This document shows, in pieces, positions 1 through 9,738 of a stretch of 62,091 nt of DNA. A program made the position numbers and the translations under genes. Source of the DNA: Candidatus Peribacteraceae bacterium (lineage in GTDB: Bacteria > Patescibacteriota > Gracilibacteria > Peribacterales > Peribacteraceae); NCBI GenBank assembly GCA_030750465.1, contig JASMHZ010000003.1:1-62091 (forward strand), given 5' to 3'. The notes under the pieces are model-generated. The model saw only the letters and a list, made by a program, of their open reading frames with translations. It ran no database searches and was not told the DNA's origin. The stretch's first letter is position 1, and each line of letters opens with the position of its first letter.

Positions 1-510
1 CTTTACGGTTTGAAGACAGTCGTACTTAGGCAATCTTGCATTTATGGTCCGCATCAAATGGGAGTCGAAGATCAAGGATGGGTTGCATGGTTTATGATCG
101 CGGCGCTTTACAACAAGCCCGTTCAAATTTATGGAAATGGAAAACAGGTCAGAGACGTTTTATATGTCGATGATCTGGTCAATTGTTACGATGCGTGCAT
201 AAAGAACATGGACGTAGTATCAGGTCAGGCTTTCAACATTGGAGGAGGGAAGGGCAATACTATGTCTCTGCTTGAGTTCATGGATCTCCTCAATAACGAA
301 ATGCAAATGCCGCTTCATTACACGTTTAGCGAAGTACGCCCGGGAGATCAGCCAATCTTCATCAGCGACAACTCAAAATTCATGAAGGCGACAGGATGGA
401 ATGCAAACACAGGAGTTCGCGAAGGAATAGTCAGATTGCTTGAGTGGTTACAGGCCAGCAAGGATATGCTTAGTCCGATGTATGAGGTTAAGGAGGTCAA
501 AGCTTCATAA
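1..510 (+). CDS. NAD-dependent nucleotide-sugar epimerase/dehydratase (CDP-paratose 2-epimerase-like), 5' end outside the window
   Basis: C-terminal extended-SDR motifs RQSCIYGP, DQGWVAWF, GNGKQVRDVLYVDD, AFNIGGG, RPGDQ. Confidence 0.85.
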   Translation, partial: LYGLKTVVLRQSCIYGPHQMGVEDQGWVAWFMIAALYNKPVQIYGNGKQVRDVLYVDDLVNCYDACIKNMDVVSGQAFNIGGGKGNTMSLLEFMDLLNNEMQMPLHYTFSEVRPGDQPIFISDNSKFMKATGWNANTGVREGIVRLLEWLQASKDMLSPMYEVKEVKAS

Positions 511-1761
511 AGCTAAGTACCTATACCCCTCCCTTTCCACAGCTTTCCTATCCATCAAGGATTTAAGGTCAAAGAAGATTCCTCCTTCTTTCAGGCTGCC
601 CAAAAGATTCTGAGGGTATCCATTGAAGTAATCACTATGGGTAACTAGGAGCATGACAGCATCATAGGGTCCATTCATCAGCTTGCCGGGTTTGAACCCG
701 AGTTTTTCAATCTCGCTGTCATCAAAAAACGGATCATGCACTTCTACATCGCATCCCTTGGCCTCAAGAGCTTTGATTACATCACCAGACTTACTGTTTC
801 TTCGATCAGGGACGTTCTCCTTAAAGGTAATTCCAAGTACCAAGACTCGTTTTCCATTGGGATCTCCAAGTTCGTCAGTTACAAGGCTTGCTACATATGC
901 TCCCATTTGATCATTAACACTTCTTCCTGCGGTTATTACATGCGTATCCATTCCAAGTTGTTTGGCTTTTTCTACAAGATAATAAGGATCAACACCAATG
1001 CAATGACCTCCTACAAGTCCAGGCTGGAAGGGGAGGAAATTCCACTTAGTTTTCGCGGCATCAAAAACATCTTTGGATGCAATTCCAAGTTTATTGCACA
1101 TCTGGGCGATCTCGTTCACAAATGCAATATTCAAATCCCGTTGTGCATTCTCTATAGCCTTCGCCATCTCTGCAACTTTAATCGAAGAAGCTTTGTGTAC
1201 GCCTGCCTCAATGATTGATTTGTAAAGATTGCAAAGAGTGTCAGTCGTCTCATCATCCTCTCCGGCAACGATCTTGAGAATTTTCGTAACAGTATGTTCC
1301 TTATCACCCGGATTGATTCGTTCAGGAGAATAACCAAGCTTAAAACTTTTTCCGCCTGAGGCTTCTTTCAGAATTCCACCGCAAATCTCTTCTGTTGTTC
1401 CCGGATAAACGGTTGATTCGAATACGACGATTGCTCCGTCTTTCATATTTTTTCCAACCGTTTCTGTTCCTGCTTTCAGGATCGCAATATCTGGCTTGTT
1501 GTTTTCATCAATTGGAGTTGGAAGAGCAACGATTATCACATCGGCATTCCCAAGTATTGCAGGGTTAGCACTAAATTCGATTGAAACTCCCTCAAGTTGC
1601 TCTCTTGTAAGTTCATTTGTCCAATCTTCTCCTGAATTTAAGTTGGTAATACGCTCCTCGCTAATATCATAACCAATTACACGATTGCCCTTCTTCGCAA
1701 ATGCATGAGCGAGCGGGAGGCCAACATAACCGAGGCCGACGATAGCGATAGTTTTATTCAA
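505..1761 (-). CDS. UDP-N-acetylhexosamine 6-dehydrogenase (WbpO/TviB-like)
   Basis: GLGYVGLPLA Rossmann motif, ESTVYPG, YSPERINPGD, ENAQRDLNIA, GGHCIGVDPYYL, FKENVPD. Confidence 0.9.
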   Translation of the reverse strand: MNKTIAIVGLGYVGLPLAHAFAKKGNRVIGYDISEERITNLNSGEDWTNELTREQLEGVSIEFSANPAILGNADVIIVALPTPIDENNKPDIAILKAGTETVGKNMKDGAIVVFESTVYPGTTEEICGGILKEASGGKSFKLGYSPERINPGDKEHTVTKILKIVAGEDDETTDTLCNLYKSIIEAGVHKASSIKVAEMAKAIENAQRDLNIAFVNEIAQMCNKLGIASKDVFDAAKTKWNFLPFQPGLVGGHCIGVDPYYLVEKAKQLGMDTHVITAGRSVNDQMGAYVASLVTDELGDPNGKRVLVLGITFKENVPDRRNSKSGDVIKALEAKGCDVEVHDPFFDDSEIEKLGFKPGKLMNGPYDAVMLLVTHSDYFNGYPQNLLGSLKEGGIFFDLKSLMDRKAVEREGYRYLAL

Positions 1762-1832
1762 TGCGTGATAGTTTAGCGCAGTAGCGCAAATGCGCAGTAG
1801 AAATGTCTAGAAAAATCGCTAAACTCTTTGTA

Positions 1833-2234
1833 ATGAAACATTTAATACTGGGTGATCCAAGATCCGCGCGCGTTCAATTTTTCCGATACATATTCGTAGG
1901 AGGATCGGCCTCTGTCGTTGATCTGATTGTATTTGTTCTTCTGATGCAATATTTGGGAATGCATTATCTATGGGCAGCCTTTGTCGCATATATGTTTGGT
2001 CTTTCATGGAATTATGTCTTGGGTCTTATGTGGATATTCAAAAGCCGTCATCCACGTCTTTTGGAATTTTTTATGGTATTTGGCATTGCCCTTGGGGGCT
2101 TATTTTGGACTGAATTACTCCTTTGGCTTGTTGTGGAATATATTCATTTGACACCCCTTCTTGCCAAAATGATAGTGCTTTGGATTGTTCTATTCTGGAA
2201 TTTTGGAATGAGAAAAGTATTTGTCTTTCATTGA
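1833..2234 (+). CDS. GtrA-family flippase-like membrane protein
   Basis: QFFRYIFVGG...VDL, four hydrophobic segments, WNF...KVFVF end; ATG 1833 lies 7 nt after TAAACT. Confidence 0.85.
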   Translation: MKHLILGDPRSARVQFFRYIFVGGSASVVDLIVFVLLMQYLGMHYLWAAFVAYMFGLSWNYVLGLMWIFKSRHPRLLEFFMVFGIALGGLFWTELLLWLVVEYIHLTPLLAKMIVLWIVLFWNFGMRKVFVFH

Positions 2235-2245
2235 ACTTCGAACTT

Positions 2246-3679
2246 ATGAACAACTCAGATTCAATTTTGGTATTAGGCGCCGGCCCTGCAGGCATGGCTT
2301 CAGCTTGGGAACTCAGTCGTGCTGGGAAACAGGTAACTGTAATAGAGAAAGCTGGTCAGGTTGGAGGTTTGGCAAAAACTTATGTTTTCAACGAACCTCA
2401 GGGTACTTTTCGCGTGGACAATGGTCCTCATCGTTTCTTCAGCAAGAACAAATACTTATATGACATGATCGGAGACTTGCTTGGTGAAAAATGGATTCAG
2501 GTTAAAAGGCTCACTCGGTTCTTTGTGGATGGAAAGTTCTATTACTACCCCGTTCGATTCAGAAATGTTCTTGGGCAGATGGGAATATTCAAAGCAAACA
2601 AGATGCTCAGGGATTATTCTATTGAACATGTGAAAGGAAGATTAAGAAAAAAGAAACCGGAGAGCTTCGAGGACTTTGTTGTTGCGCGTTTCGGAAGAAC
2701 TCTTGCTGAGTTTAATATGATCAATTACACGGAAAAGATTTGGGGAATTCCAGCCAAAGAAATCTCCGTCGATTGGGCGGAACAGCGTATTGCGGGATTA
2801 AGCATATGGGCGGCACTCAAAAAAATGCTTGTGAAAAAAGGTGGGCCAAAGACTTTGGTAGATACTTTCTATTATCCAAGCCTTGGTTCAGGTCTTGTAT
2901 ACGAAACAATGAGCAAAAAGATACAAGAAAAAGGATCAGAAGTGTTGTTGAATGCTCAGCCAACAAGAATAGTTCACGAAAACGGAAGCGTAATATCGGT
3001 TGACGTTGGAACAAAGACCTTGAGGCCAAGGTCAGTTATTAGTTCAATTCCAATCACAAGGTCAGTTGAACTTTTCGATCCCATTGCACCGGAAGCGGTC
3101 AGACAAGCAGCTAAGAAACTCCGATTCCGCGCGCAGGTTTATTTATTTCTAACAATTGATAAGAAAAAAGTAACGGATGACAACTGGGTTTACTTCCCGG
3201 ACAAGGAGGTTCCGTTTGGACGTATAACTGAGATGAAAAACTTCTCGAAAGAAATGTGCCCCAAAGGCAGAACATCACTTTTTATAGAGTTTTTCTGTTT
3301 CGAAGGAGATGAGATTTGGAATGCAGGAAAAGAAAAGCTATTTGATATGGCAATGGAATGGTTAGAAAAACTTAAGTTCCTAAAGCGAGAGGAGGTTTTG
3401 AATATTCATATGATAAAAGAGCCCGACGCGTATCCAATTTATGATCTTGAGTACGCAGAAAACGTCAGAGTAATCACAGAATGGTTAGACAGCTTCGAGA
3501 ACTTCTTTGCAATCGGAAGACCTGGAAGATTTCGATATACAAATCAAGATCACTCGCTCGAAATGGGAATACTTGCTGCGCGAAGTGTATTGGAAGGGAA
3601 GAGATATGAGGTTGATTCGGTAGGGTCAGGTAGTGAGTATTTTGAGAGAGGGTATGTTCCATCCGACACGTCACGCTAA
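2246..3679 (+). CDS. FAD-dependent oxidoreductase (HemY/UDP-galactopyranose mutase-like, glycosylation-locus type)
   Basis: GAGPAGM...EK...VGGL dinucleotide fold, DNGPHRFFSK, GRPGRFRYTNQDHSLEMG; start moved to ATG 2246. Confidence 0.8.
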   Translation: MNNSDSILVLGAGPAGMASAWELSRAGKQVTVIEKAGQVGGLAKTYVFNEPQGTFRVDNGPHRFFSKNKYLYDMIGDLLGEKWIQVKRLTRFFVDGKFYYYPVRFRNVLGQMGIFKANKMLRDYSIEHVKGRLRKKKPESFEDFVVARFGRTLAEFNMINYTEKIWGIPAKEISVDWAEQRIAGLSIWAALKKMLVKKGGPKTLVDTFYYPSLGSGLVYETMSKKIQEKGSEVLLNAQPTRIVHENGSVISVDVGTKTLRPRSVISSIPITRSVELFDPIAPEAVRQAAKKLRFRAQVYLFLTIDKKKVTDDNWVYFPDKEVPFGRITEMKNFSKEMCPKGRTSLFIEFFCFEGDEIWNAGKEKLFDMAMEWLEKLKFLKREEVLNIHMIKEPDAYPIYDLEYAENVRVITEWLDSFENFFAIGRPGRFRYTNQDHSLEMGILAARSVLEGKRYEVDSVGSGSEYFERGYVPSDTSR

Positions 3680-3689
3680 GCGTGACTCT

Positions 3690-3783
3690 CGACAATCAAC
3701 AATTAACACGTTCGCTTCGCTCACTGTTAACATTTTTTACAATGTTGATTGTTGAAAGGGCACGAAGTGCCCGTGTTGAGTGT
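3690..3783. repeat. Inverted heptamer array (ACAATCA/TGATTGT) with nested small hairpins, family B copy 1
   Basis: cgacaatcaacaatt...acacgttcgcttcgctcact...gttgattgttgaaagggcacgaagtgcccgtgttga; similar at 25896-25993 and 51519-51620. Confidence 0.75.
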
Positions 3784-3794
3784 ATAATGTTGTC

Positions 3795-4220
3795 ATGGAT
3801 TTCTTCACCAACCAAAAACTCCCCGTTGTCGCCGCTGACTGCGTCGTCTTCATGGAAGAAGGAGTGCTTCTAATACGAAGGCGTGATGAGCCCGGCAAAG
3901 GCCGTCTGACCGCACCAAGAGGAATGATGGAGATAGATGAAACTGTGGAGGAGGCTTGCAAACGCGAGATGCTCGAGGAAACGGGACTCAAAGTAGATGG
4001 CCTTGAGCTAGTTGGTGTCTTTTCAGATCCCAACCGAGATCCGCGCGGTAGAATAATAAGTGTGGTGTTTCTGGCCACAGAATGGTCAGGAGAACCCAGA
4101 GCAGGGGACGATGCCGCGGCTATCGAGATTATCAAGGATTGGAAGAATGCAGATCTTGCCTTCGATCACATGGAAATCGTTAAAATGGCCGAAATTGTAA
4201 AAAACAGGGAGAGTTCTTGA
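3795..4220 (+). CDS. NUDIX hydrolase
   Basis: Nudix box GMMEIDETVEEACKREMLEETGL, DPNRDPR, AGDDA, LAFDH. Confidence 0.9.
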   Translation: MDFFTNQKLPVVAADCVVFMEEGVLLIRRRDEPGKGRLTAPRGMMEIDETVEEACKREMLEETGLKVDGLELVGVFSDPNRDPRGRIISVVFLATEWSGEPRAGDDAAAIEIIKDWKNADLAFDHMEIVKMAEIVKNRESS

Positions 4221-4269
4221 GTAAATTCAACTTTCTTGCTGGGAAGAGTAAGTTCGGTGAATTAGTACT

Positions 4270-4542
4270 CTATTGAATAACTGATAACACCTGTTTGACT
4301 ATTTTCTCCTGTGGGAGAAACAGTCTGTATTTAACAAACAACCCTTTTTTATTAGGCTTCACAATTTTTGCAAGTCTGAGGATTCGTAAGTGCTTCGAAG
4401 TAGCCTGCTTCTTTAAGCCAATTGCTTCTGCTAGCTCATTAACAGAGGCCATTTTGTTTTTTCTCAGATATAAAAGAATATGAAGTCTTTTCTTGCTTGC
4501 TAGCACCTTTAGGAGTTGTTCGTATGATTGAAGATTATTCAT
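4270..4542 (-). CDS. ArsR/SmtB-family transcriptional regulator
   Basis: LKVLASKKRLHIL...SVNELAEAIGLKKQATSKHLRILR winged HTH. Confidence 0.85.
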   Translation of the reverse strand: MNNLQSYEQLLKVLASKKRLHILLYLRKNKMASVNELAEAIGLKKQATSKHLRILRLAKIVKPNKKGLFVKYRLFLPQEKIVKQVLSVIQ

Positions 4543-4561
4543 ATTAAGTATTGTAGTTAGG

Positions 4562-4587
4562 GTAAACTAGTTGCGCAACTAGTTTAC
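4562..4587. promoter_or_regulatory. Perfect 26-bp palindrome upstream of the ArsR gene, candidate operator
   Basis: GTAAACTAGTTGC|GCAACTAGTTTAC, 20-45 nt upstream of the ArsR start. Confidence 0.55.
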
Positions 4588-4761
4588 TAATAAAAAACAT
4601 CTGTAAATCCGCAGAAAAACCCATGTCTCTGGTTCTCCTTTTAATAATCTTGGTCTAATACCACTTCGCCCCACAGTTGCGGGGCTTCGAGGCACGAGAG
4701 GAGTAATTCGTTGAGCATCGAATGCTATCGCTAAGCATGCGAATTGATATAATATGTTGAT

Positions 4762-5967
4762 ATGTGTCTTAAGCGCTGCATATCGTCTCCGTGGTTTTAT
4801 GTCTTTCTAATGACCTTGGCTTTACTCGTAAGCTTCATTGAAATTGTTCCATACGAAGATCGTGACTTTAAGCTTTACCAGGCATTTGTAGAGGCGCTTG
4901 CAAGCGGAAGATTTGATTTAAGCATTCCGGGATTCCATGGGTCTAATATTCCAGCTGCTCTTGTTCATATTATTATTCCTTCAAAGTTTACCGAGATTTA
5001 TTATCAGTTGATTTGGTCACTTTTGTTACCTGCTCTTGCATACTTAACAGGCAAAGAACTCTTCAAGTCAACCACTGCACCACATGGGGTGCAGGGCAGC
5101 GCGTGGCACGGACTTGTTCTTGCAGGAGTTGTAACAATGATGCCGTTTTGGACTTTTAAAGCGTTCATCGGATACACAACTTCCGCATATATTGGACTCA
5201 TGCTTCTGACAATTTATGGTGCATGTAAAAAATCGTGGTGGACGTGGATTGTGTGGGGGCTTGCGATGACAACGAAGCCTTTTGCACTTGTTTTGCTTCC
5301 GCTACTTTGGATAAAGAGGCCAACCAAGGGCTCAGTGCTCAGGCGCAATCAACTAATAATACTTGGACTTGCGATTCCAGCTTTGTACGCAGCGATTCAG
5401 TACATTCAAGTAGGTCATTTAATAGTCGGAGTTCATCCTGATCTAAGTGAAACTTCAGTCTGGCAAAGTCCGATGAAAGTAATTTTGAATTTAGCGTACT
5501 CACTCCAGATTCTTTTCTCGGTTCACAACTATCACTTCCCAGATCCCGGTGGAACAGGGCATCAGAACCTGATGCACACGAGTCCACTCCTCATATTCTT
5601 GGCACTAATTGCATTCCTTGCACCAAAGCTTAAATACATCGAAGACAAGAAGCTTTATTGGGCGCTTTTGATAGGCGCCTTAGGCGGACTTTTGATGAAC
5701 GCGGTTGTTTCCACAATGAATCATGAGTATATGCACGCAAGCATCCTTCTATTCATCCTCGCATCTTTACCAGTTCTTAAGAAATATCAATTATGGATAC
5801 CATTAGTACTGGCAACTCTGCACTTCCAATGGTTCTACTTCTATTTAGCTTGGGCAGAAAGACATCAGCTGACATATCAATTCTTCACAGTCCCAATTCT
5901 AATAGATGTGATGTTCGTTATTTACGTTGCCCCCAAGTTCAAGCGTTGTTTTTGTACCACTCAATAG
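4762..5967 (+). CDS. Multi-pass membrane protein, GT-C-fold glycosyltransferase-like
   Basis: About 10 hydrophobic segments, acidic YEDRD loop after TM1, TKP motif; glycosylation context. Confidence 0.55.
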   Translation: MCLKRCISSPWFYVFLMTLALLVSFIEIVPYEDRDFKLYQAFVEALASGRFDLSIPGFHGSNIPAALVHIIIPSKFTEIYYQLIWSLLLPALAYLTGKELFKSTTAPHGVQGSAWHGLVLAGVVTMMPFWTFKAFIGYTTSAYIGLMLLTIYGACKKSWWTWIVWGLAMTTKPFALVLLPLLWIKRPTKGSVLRRNQLIILGLAIPALYAAIQYIQVGHLIVGVHPDLSETSVWQSPMKVILNLAYSLQILFSVHNYHFPDPGGTGHQNLMHTSPLLIFLALIAFLAPKLKYIEDKKLYWALLIGALGGLLMNAVVSTMNHEYMHASILLFILASLPVLKKYQLWIPLVLATLHFQWFYFYLAWAERHQLTYQFFTVPILIDVMFVIYVAPKFKRCFCTTQ

Positions 5968-6847
5968 TTCTCTTGATGCCCTCATCGAAGTCAGTTTGAG
6001 GATTGTATCCAAGTTTCTCTCTTGCCTTATCTACGTTAGCAACATATTGAACCACTTCTCCCGGTCGGTTGTCTTTTATTGTAATTTCAGAGGGGCTGCC
6101 CAAAAGCTCCTTAATCTTTTCCGCAAGATGAACGATGGTTGTACCTTTTTCGCATGCCAGGTTGTAAGTATTGTTCTTGGCTGAATCAAAATTTTCCAAC
6201 ATCAGAAGTAGTCCGCTAATAGTGTCGTCGATGTAAGTGAAATCCAGACACTTGTCTTTGCCAAATACAGTCATGCCTTCGTTGGCTTTTGCTTGCTTGA
6301 TGAAGAGGGGAACAACTCGGTCAGAATCATCGTACATTCCATATACATTGGAGAGTCTGGTAACTATTCCATCGATTCCATAGCAACGAATGTATGACCA
6401 GACCAAAGCTTCACCTCCTATTTTACTGGCTGTGTACGGACTTTCGCAGTTATCTACGCGGACCATATCTTCCGTATGCACATCATGCTCATCATTCCCA
6501 TATGCTTCTCTGGATGATGTGAAGACAATGCGTTTAATGTTGTTCTTGCGTGCAAATTCCAGGACATTAAAAGTTGTTACAAAGTTGTCCAATGCCATAT
6601 CAGGCTCCTTAACAAGTTCATAAACCCTAGCATTTGCAGCTAAGTGATAAATAAAATCGATATCAGTTGGCAGCTTCTTTAATTTTTTAGGATTCCTGAG
6701 ATCTACATTAACAGTCATTTTATTTATCTCCGGCTTCCACTTATTTTTATGCCAGTCGACTCCAACAATCTCATGTCCTTGTTCCAGAAGCTTTTCGCAA
6801 AGCCTTGTGCCGACTGTCCCCGAGGAACCGGTAACTAATATTTTCAT
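5939..6847 (-). CDS. NAD-dependent epimerase/dehydratase (extended SDR)
   Basis: TGSSGTVG, HLAA, YTASK (YxxxK), NVYG, DFTYIDD. Confidence 0.9.
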   Translation of the reverse strand: MKILVTGSSGTVGTRLCEKLLEQGHEIVGVDWHKNKWKPEINKMTVNVDLRNPKKLKKLPTDIDFIYHLAANARVYELVKEPDMALDNFVTTFNVLEFARKNNIKRIVFTSSREAYGNDEHDVHTEDMVRVDNCESPYTASKIGGEALVWSYIRCYGIDGIVTRLSNVYGMYDDSDRVVPLFIKQAKANEGMTVFGKDKCLDFTYIDDTISGLLLMLENFDSAKNNTYNLACEKGTTIVHLAEKIKELLGSPSEITIKDNRPGEVVQYVANVDKAREKLGYNPQTDFDEGIKRTIEWYKNNA

Positions 6848-6892
6848 CTCGAGTATCCTAAACTTAAACCCGCTAATTTAACAACTTTTATG

Positions 6893-8175
6893 TTATTTTC
6901 TCGTAATAACCACTTTTTCATCATCATACAAGATTTCGCCTACTGCCTCTAACTGCACTTCTTTGCCCAAATTTAGGAAGGCGCCTTTTCGATTAATCAG
7001 ATCCATATTTTTGCCAACAAGTACACGAGGTTCCAGATACCAACGAATGTGGTGGCCGGGATGGCCCATTACAATTACTTCATCCACTCCTTTCAGAGCA
7101 TCATTAATCTGATCTGCATGCGTGTTCCAATATCCTTCTGATTGATAGAGTTTATATGTTCTGCCATTTAGAAATACAGATCTGGGTCCGGTAAGTAACA
7201 ATGTATTTATAACTATCAGTGTAAGAATAATTGGAGTCCAGCATGGCTTCATTCTATTTATAAGTAATGCGATAGGTATAGACCAGTAAACAAGATAGGT
7301 TGTGTAGTATTCGTGTGCGGGGCCCAAGACTAGGCCGAGGAGGATTCCGGTTACTATTAGGATTAGGGCTGGGGTTAGGGTTTCGGTTTTCGGGTTCGGT
7401 TTTCGGGTTATATGAATTAGGCTTAGTGCAAATAGGATTGTAAGTATTGGAATTAAGTGCCACCAGAGCTTAATCAAGGTCAAAGTCCTATCTAGTATTC
7501 CGGAAACGCCGTACATGTTTCCTCCGTACAAGGTTAACGTAGCTCCGATGCCGGGATTAGTTAGGATGTAGAGGGTGATGGGGATGAGGCTCAGGAAGAG
7601 AATAGTGAATAGTGAATAGTGAATAGTGGTTTTTTATTTTTGATTGACTCGATAATGATTCCAATCAATAGGAGTAAGGGGAAAAGTAGCCCCTGCGTCT
7701 TTATGAAAGTTGCAAGGACTGATGATAAAAATAATGCGATCAATAACTTTGAATCATGCGGTTTCTTGTTCGCTTTTATAAACATCAGAGTCGTCAAAGC
7801 CCAGGCAAAACAAAGTGGTACGCTTAGGTACGCAAGTTTTGAAAAGATAATGTGCGTTGGGAAGATTGATGCGAATGCGGCAGCGGTCAGGGCAGCTTTT
7901 TTTTCTGAAAATTCCAGAACTATCTTGTAGATAAGATAAATAGTTGCGATGCCAAATGCTATGGAAACTGCACGTGCTGAAATTATGGATGCTCCAAAGA
8001 TGGTTTGTGCAAGCCAAAAAAAGAACATACCGATTGGCGGCTGTGCGGCGGATGCGTTTAATGCGAACTGAGCTTCGTCTGTTGCAAAGTCGGGAAACGC
8101 GACGTCAGTAAGCCTGAGGAGTACTCCCAGAATTATAATCAGCCAGAGAAGTTTATTGGAACATTTGCAGTTCAT
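6893..8175 (-). pseudogene. ArnT/PMT (GT39-like) glycosyltransferase split by a frameshift in a (GAATAGT)4 tract; possibly phase-variable
   Basis: N-half 7591-8175 has TDEA...QPP...ARAVS...FIKTQG; C-half continues in another frame from 7600 with no stop into ORF 6893-7531. Confidence 0.75.
7600..7627. repeat. Heptamer tandem repeat (GAATAGT)4 inside a gene
   Basis: Four exact copies at 7600, 7607, 7614 and 7621. Confidence 0.95.
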
Positions 8176-8474
8176 TTTAGGCAGGTGGTTCTGGTTTCGG
8201 GTTCGGTTTTCGGGTTCGGTTTTCGGGTTCGGTTATCGAGTGTGTATGTGTGTTCGAAGTGAAAACAAGTTTGATCTTCCTCCTTTGTGACTGACTTCAA
8301 TTCAGTATTAACCATCCAGATTCCTTCTTTTCTTAAGTTTTCGATCGCTTGGGGTGCTTTTGCGCGGACTGCTGAATCAAGAAAAGGCATCATCATTGGA
8401 ATCTTCAAAATCGATGGAATGCTGAAAGCAATAGTCAGGACCAGGCAGATAACGATGGGGTTCGGTTTATTCAC
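8172..8474 (-). CDS. Small membrane-anchored hypothetical protein with a repeat-derived C-terminal segment
   Basis: N-terminal TM; overlaps the next gene by 4 nt (ATGA coupling); RTRKPNPKTEPE encoded by CGGGTT/CGGTTTT repeats. Confidence 0.6.
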   Translation of the reverse strand: MNKPNPIVICLVLTIAFSIPSILKIPMMMPFLDSAVRAKAPQAIENLRKEGIWMVNTELKSVTKEEDQTCFHFEHTYTLDNRTRKPNPKTEPETRTTCLK

Positions 8475-8534
8475 AGAGACATAATAATTGGATTATTTGT
8501 ATTTTATAACCAAAAATTCGCTATTATTGTGACA

Positions 8535-9626
8535 ATGCTTTCTATAGTACTGCCTACATATAACGAGGCTGAGAATATTCCTGTGCTTATTCCAAAGCTC
8601 AGGGAGGTTTTACGCGATATTCCGCATGAGATAATCATTGTGGATGATAATTCGCCGGATGAGACGTGGAGGATAGGGATGGAGGTTTCCAAAGATATGG
8701 AAGACGTGCATGTTATCAGGCGAGTTGATAAGAGAGGGCTTTCTTCTGCAGTCATCGATGGATTTTTATCAGCCAAGGGAGATGTACTTGCTGTTATGGA
8801 TGCAGATGGACAGCATGATATGGATCTTCTTCCTAAACTTTATCAGGCCGTTGAAGCAAATAAAGGCTTTGCTGTCGGTTCCAGATATATAGAAGGAGGA
8901 AGCGTAGGCGAATGGGATGAGCGCCGCCAACTAATCAGCAGAGTGGCTACCAAGATGGCTCTTGCTCTTTGCAAGGTTAAAGTCAAAGATCCAATGAGCG
9001 GATTTTTCGCTTTAGATAGGGCTGTATTCGAAGGAGCTTTAGAGAAATTAAATCCAAAAGGATTCAAAATACTACTCGACCTGCTGGTTCATGCACCTAA
9101 AGGAACGAGTGCGGTGGAGATTCCATTCACTTTCAGTACGCGATTGCATGGCGAAAGCAAGTTAAGCTGGAAAGTTCAGTTAGATTTTCTGGAATACTTG
9201 TATGACGTTACGATCGGCCGGTTCATTCCGCTCACATTCGTTAAGTTCTGCATGGTGGGAACGCTTGGAGTTGGAGTTCATATGGCTGCTTACTTAAGTC
9301 TAGCCAGATTATTGGGAGGAGGAGAGGAGTTGAACGTTGCAGGATTCAGCTTGGCAGTAATTGGCGCTACAGAAGTCGCTATCATTTTCAATTTCTCTCT
9401 TAATAACCTTTGGACATTCGCGAATCAGAAACTAAAAGGACTTGGAGCAATCAAAGGTTTCGGAAAGTACAATGTTGCGTGCATATTGGGTGCTATTGCA
9501 AACTGGGCCGTGAGCACTTTTCTATTTTCCCGCGGATGGGTTGAGTTGCTTGCGGTATTTATTGGAGCAATAACAGGAGTTTTATGGAATTATTCTATGA
9601 ATAGAATGATTACTTGGCGTAAGTAA
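8535..9626 (+). CDS. Polyprenol-phosphate glycosyltransferase (GT2, DPM1-like) fused to a C-terminal GtrA domain
   Basis: SIVLPTYNEAENI, VDDNSPD, MDADGQH, DPMSGFF, GFKILL; then FVKFCMVG...NFSLNNLWTF. Confidence 0.9.
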   Translation: MLSIVLPTYNEAENIPVLIPKLREVLRDIPHEIIIVDDNSPDETWRIGMEVSKDMEDVHVIRRVDKRGLSSAVIDGFLSAKGDVLAVMDADGQHDMDLLPKLYQAVEANKGFAVGSRYIEGGSVGEWDERRQLISRVATKMALALCKVKVKDPMSGFFALDRAVFEGALEKLNPKGFKILLDLLVHAPKGTSAVEIPFTFSTRLHGESKLSWKVQLDFLEYLYDVTIGRFIPLTFVKFCMVGTLGVGVHMAAYLSLARLLGGGEELNVAGFSLAVIGATEVAIIFNFSLNNLWTFANQKLKGLGAIKGFGKYNVACILGAIANWAVSTFLFSRGWVELLAVFIGAITGVLWNYSMNRMITWRK

Positions 9627-9642
9627 TGGGTAGTCCTTGGGA

Positions 9643-9738
9643 AATTGACAATTGAAAATGGACAATTGACAATTCTAAAGAGAATCAGCGTTTGTTCTCG
9701 CTTGCGCATTGTCAATTGTCAATTGCTCATTGTCAATT
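9643..9738. repeat. MITE-like palindromic heptamer element (AATTGAC arms), family A copy 1
   Basis: aattgac-type arm, core ttctaaagagaatc...ttgttctcgcttgcgc, then attgtca-type arm. Confidence 0.85.
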
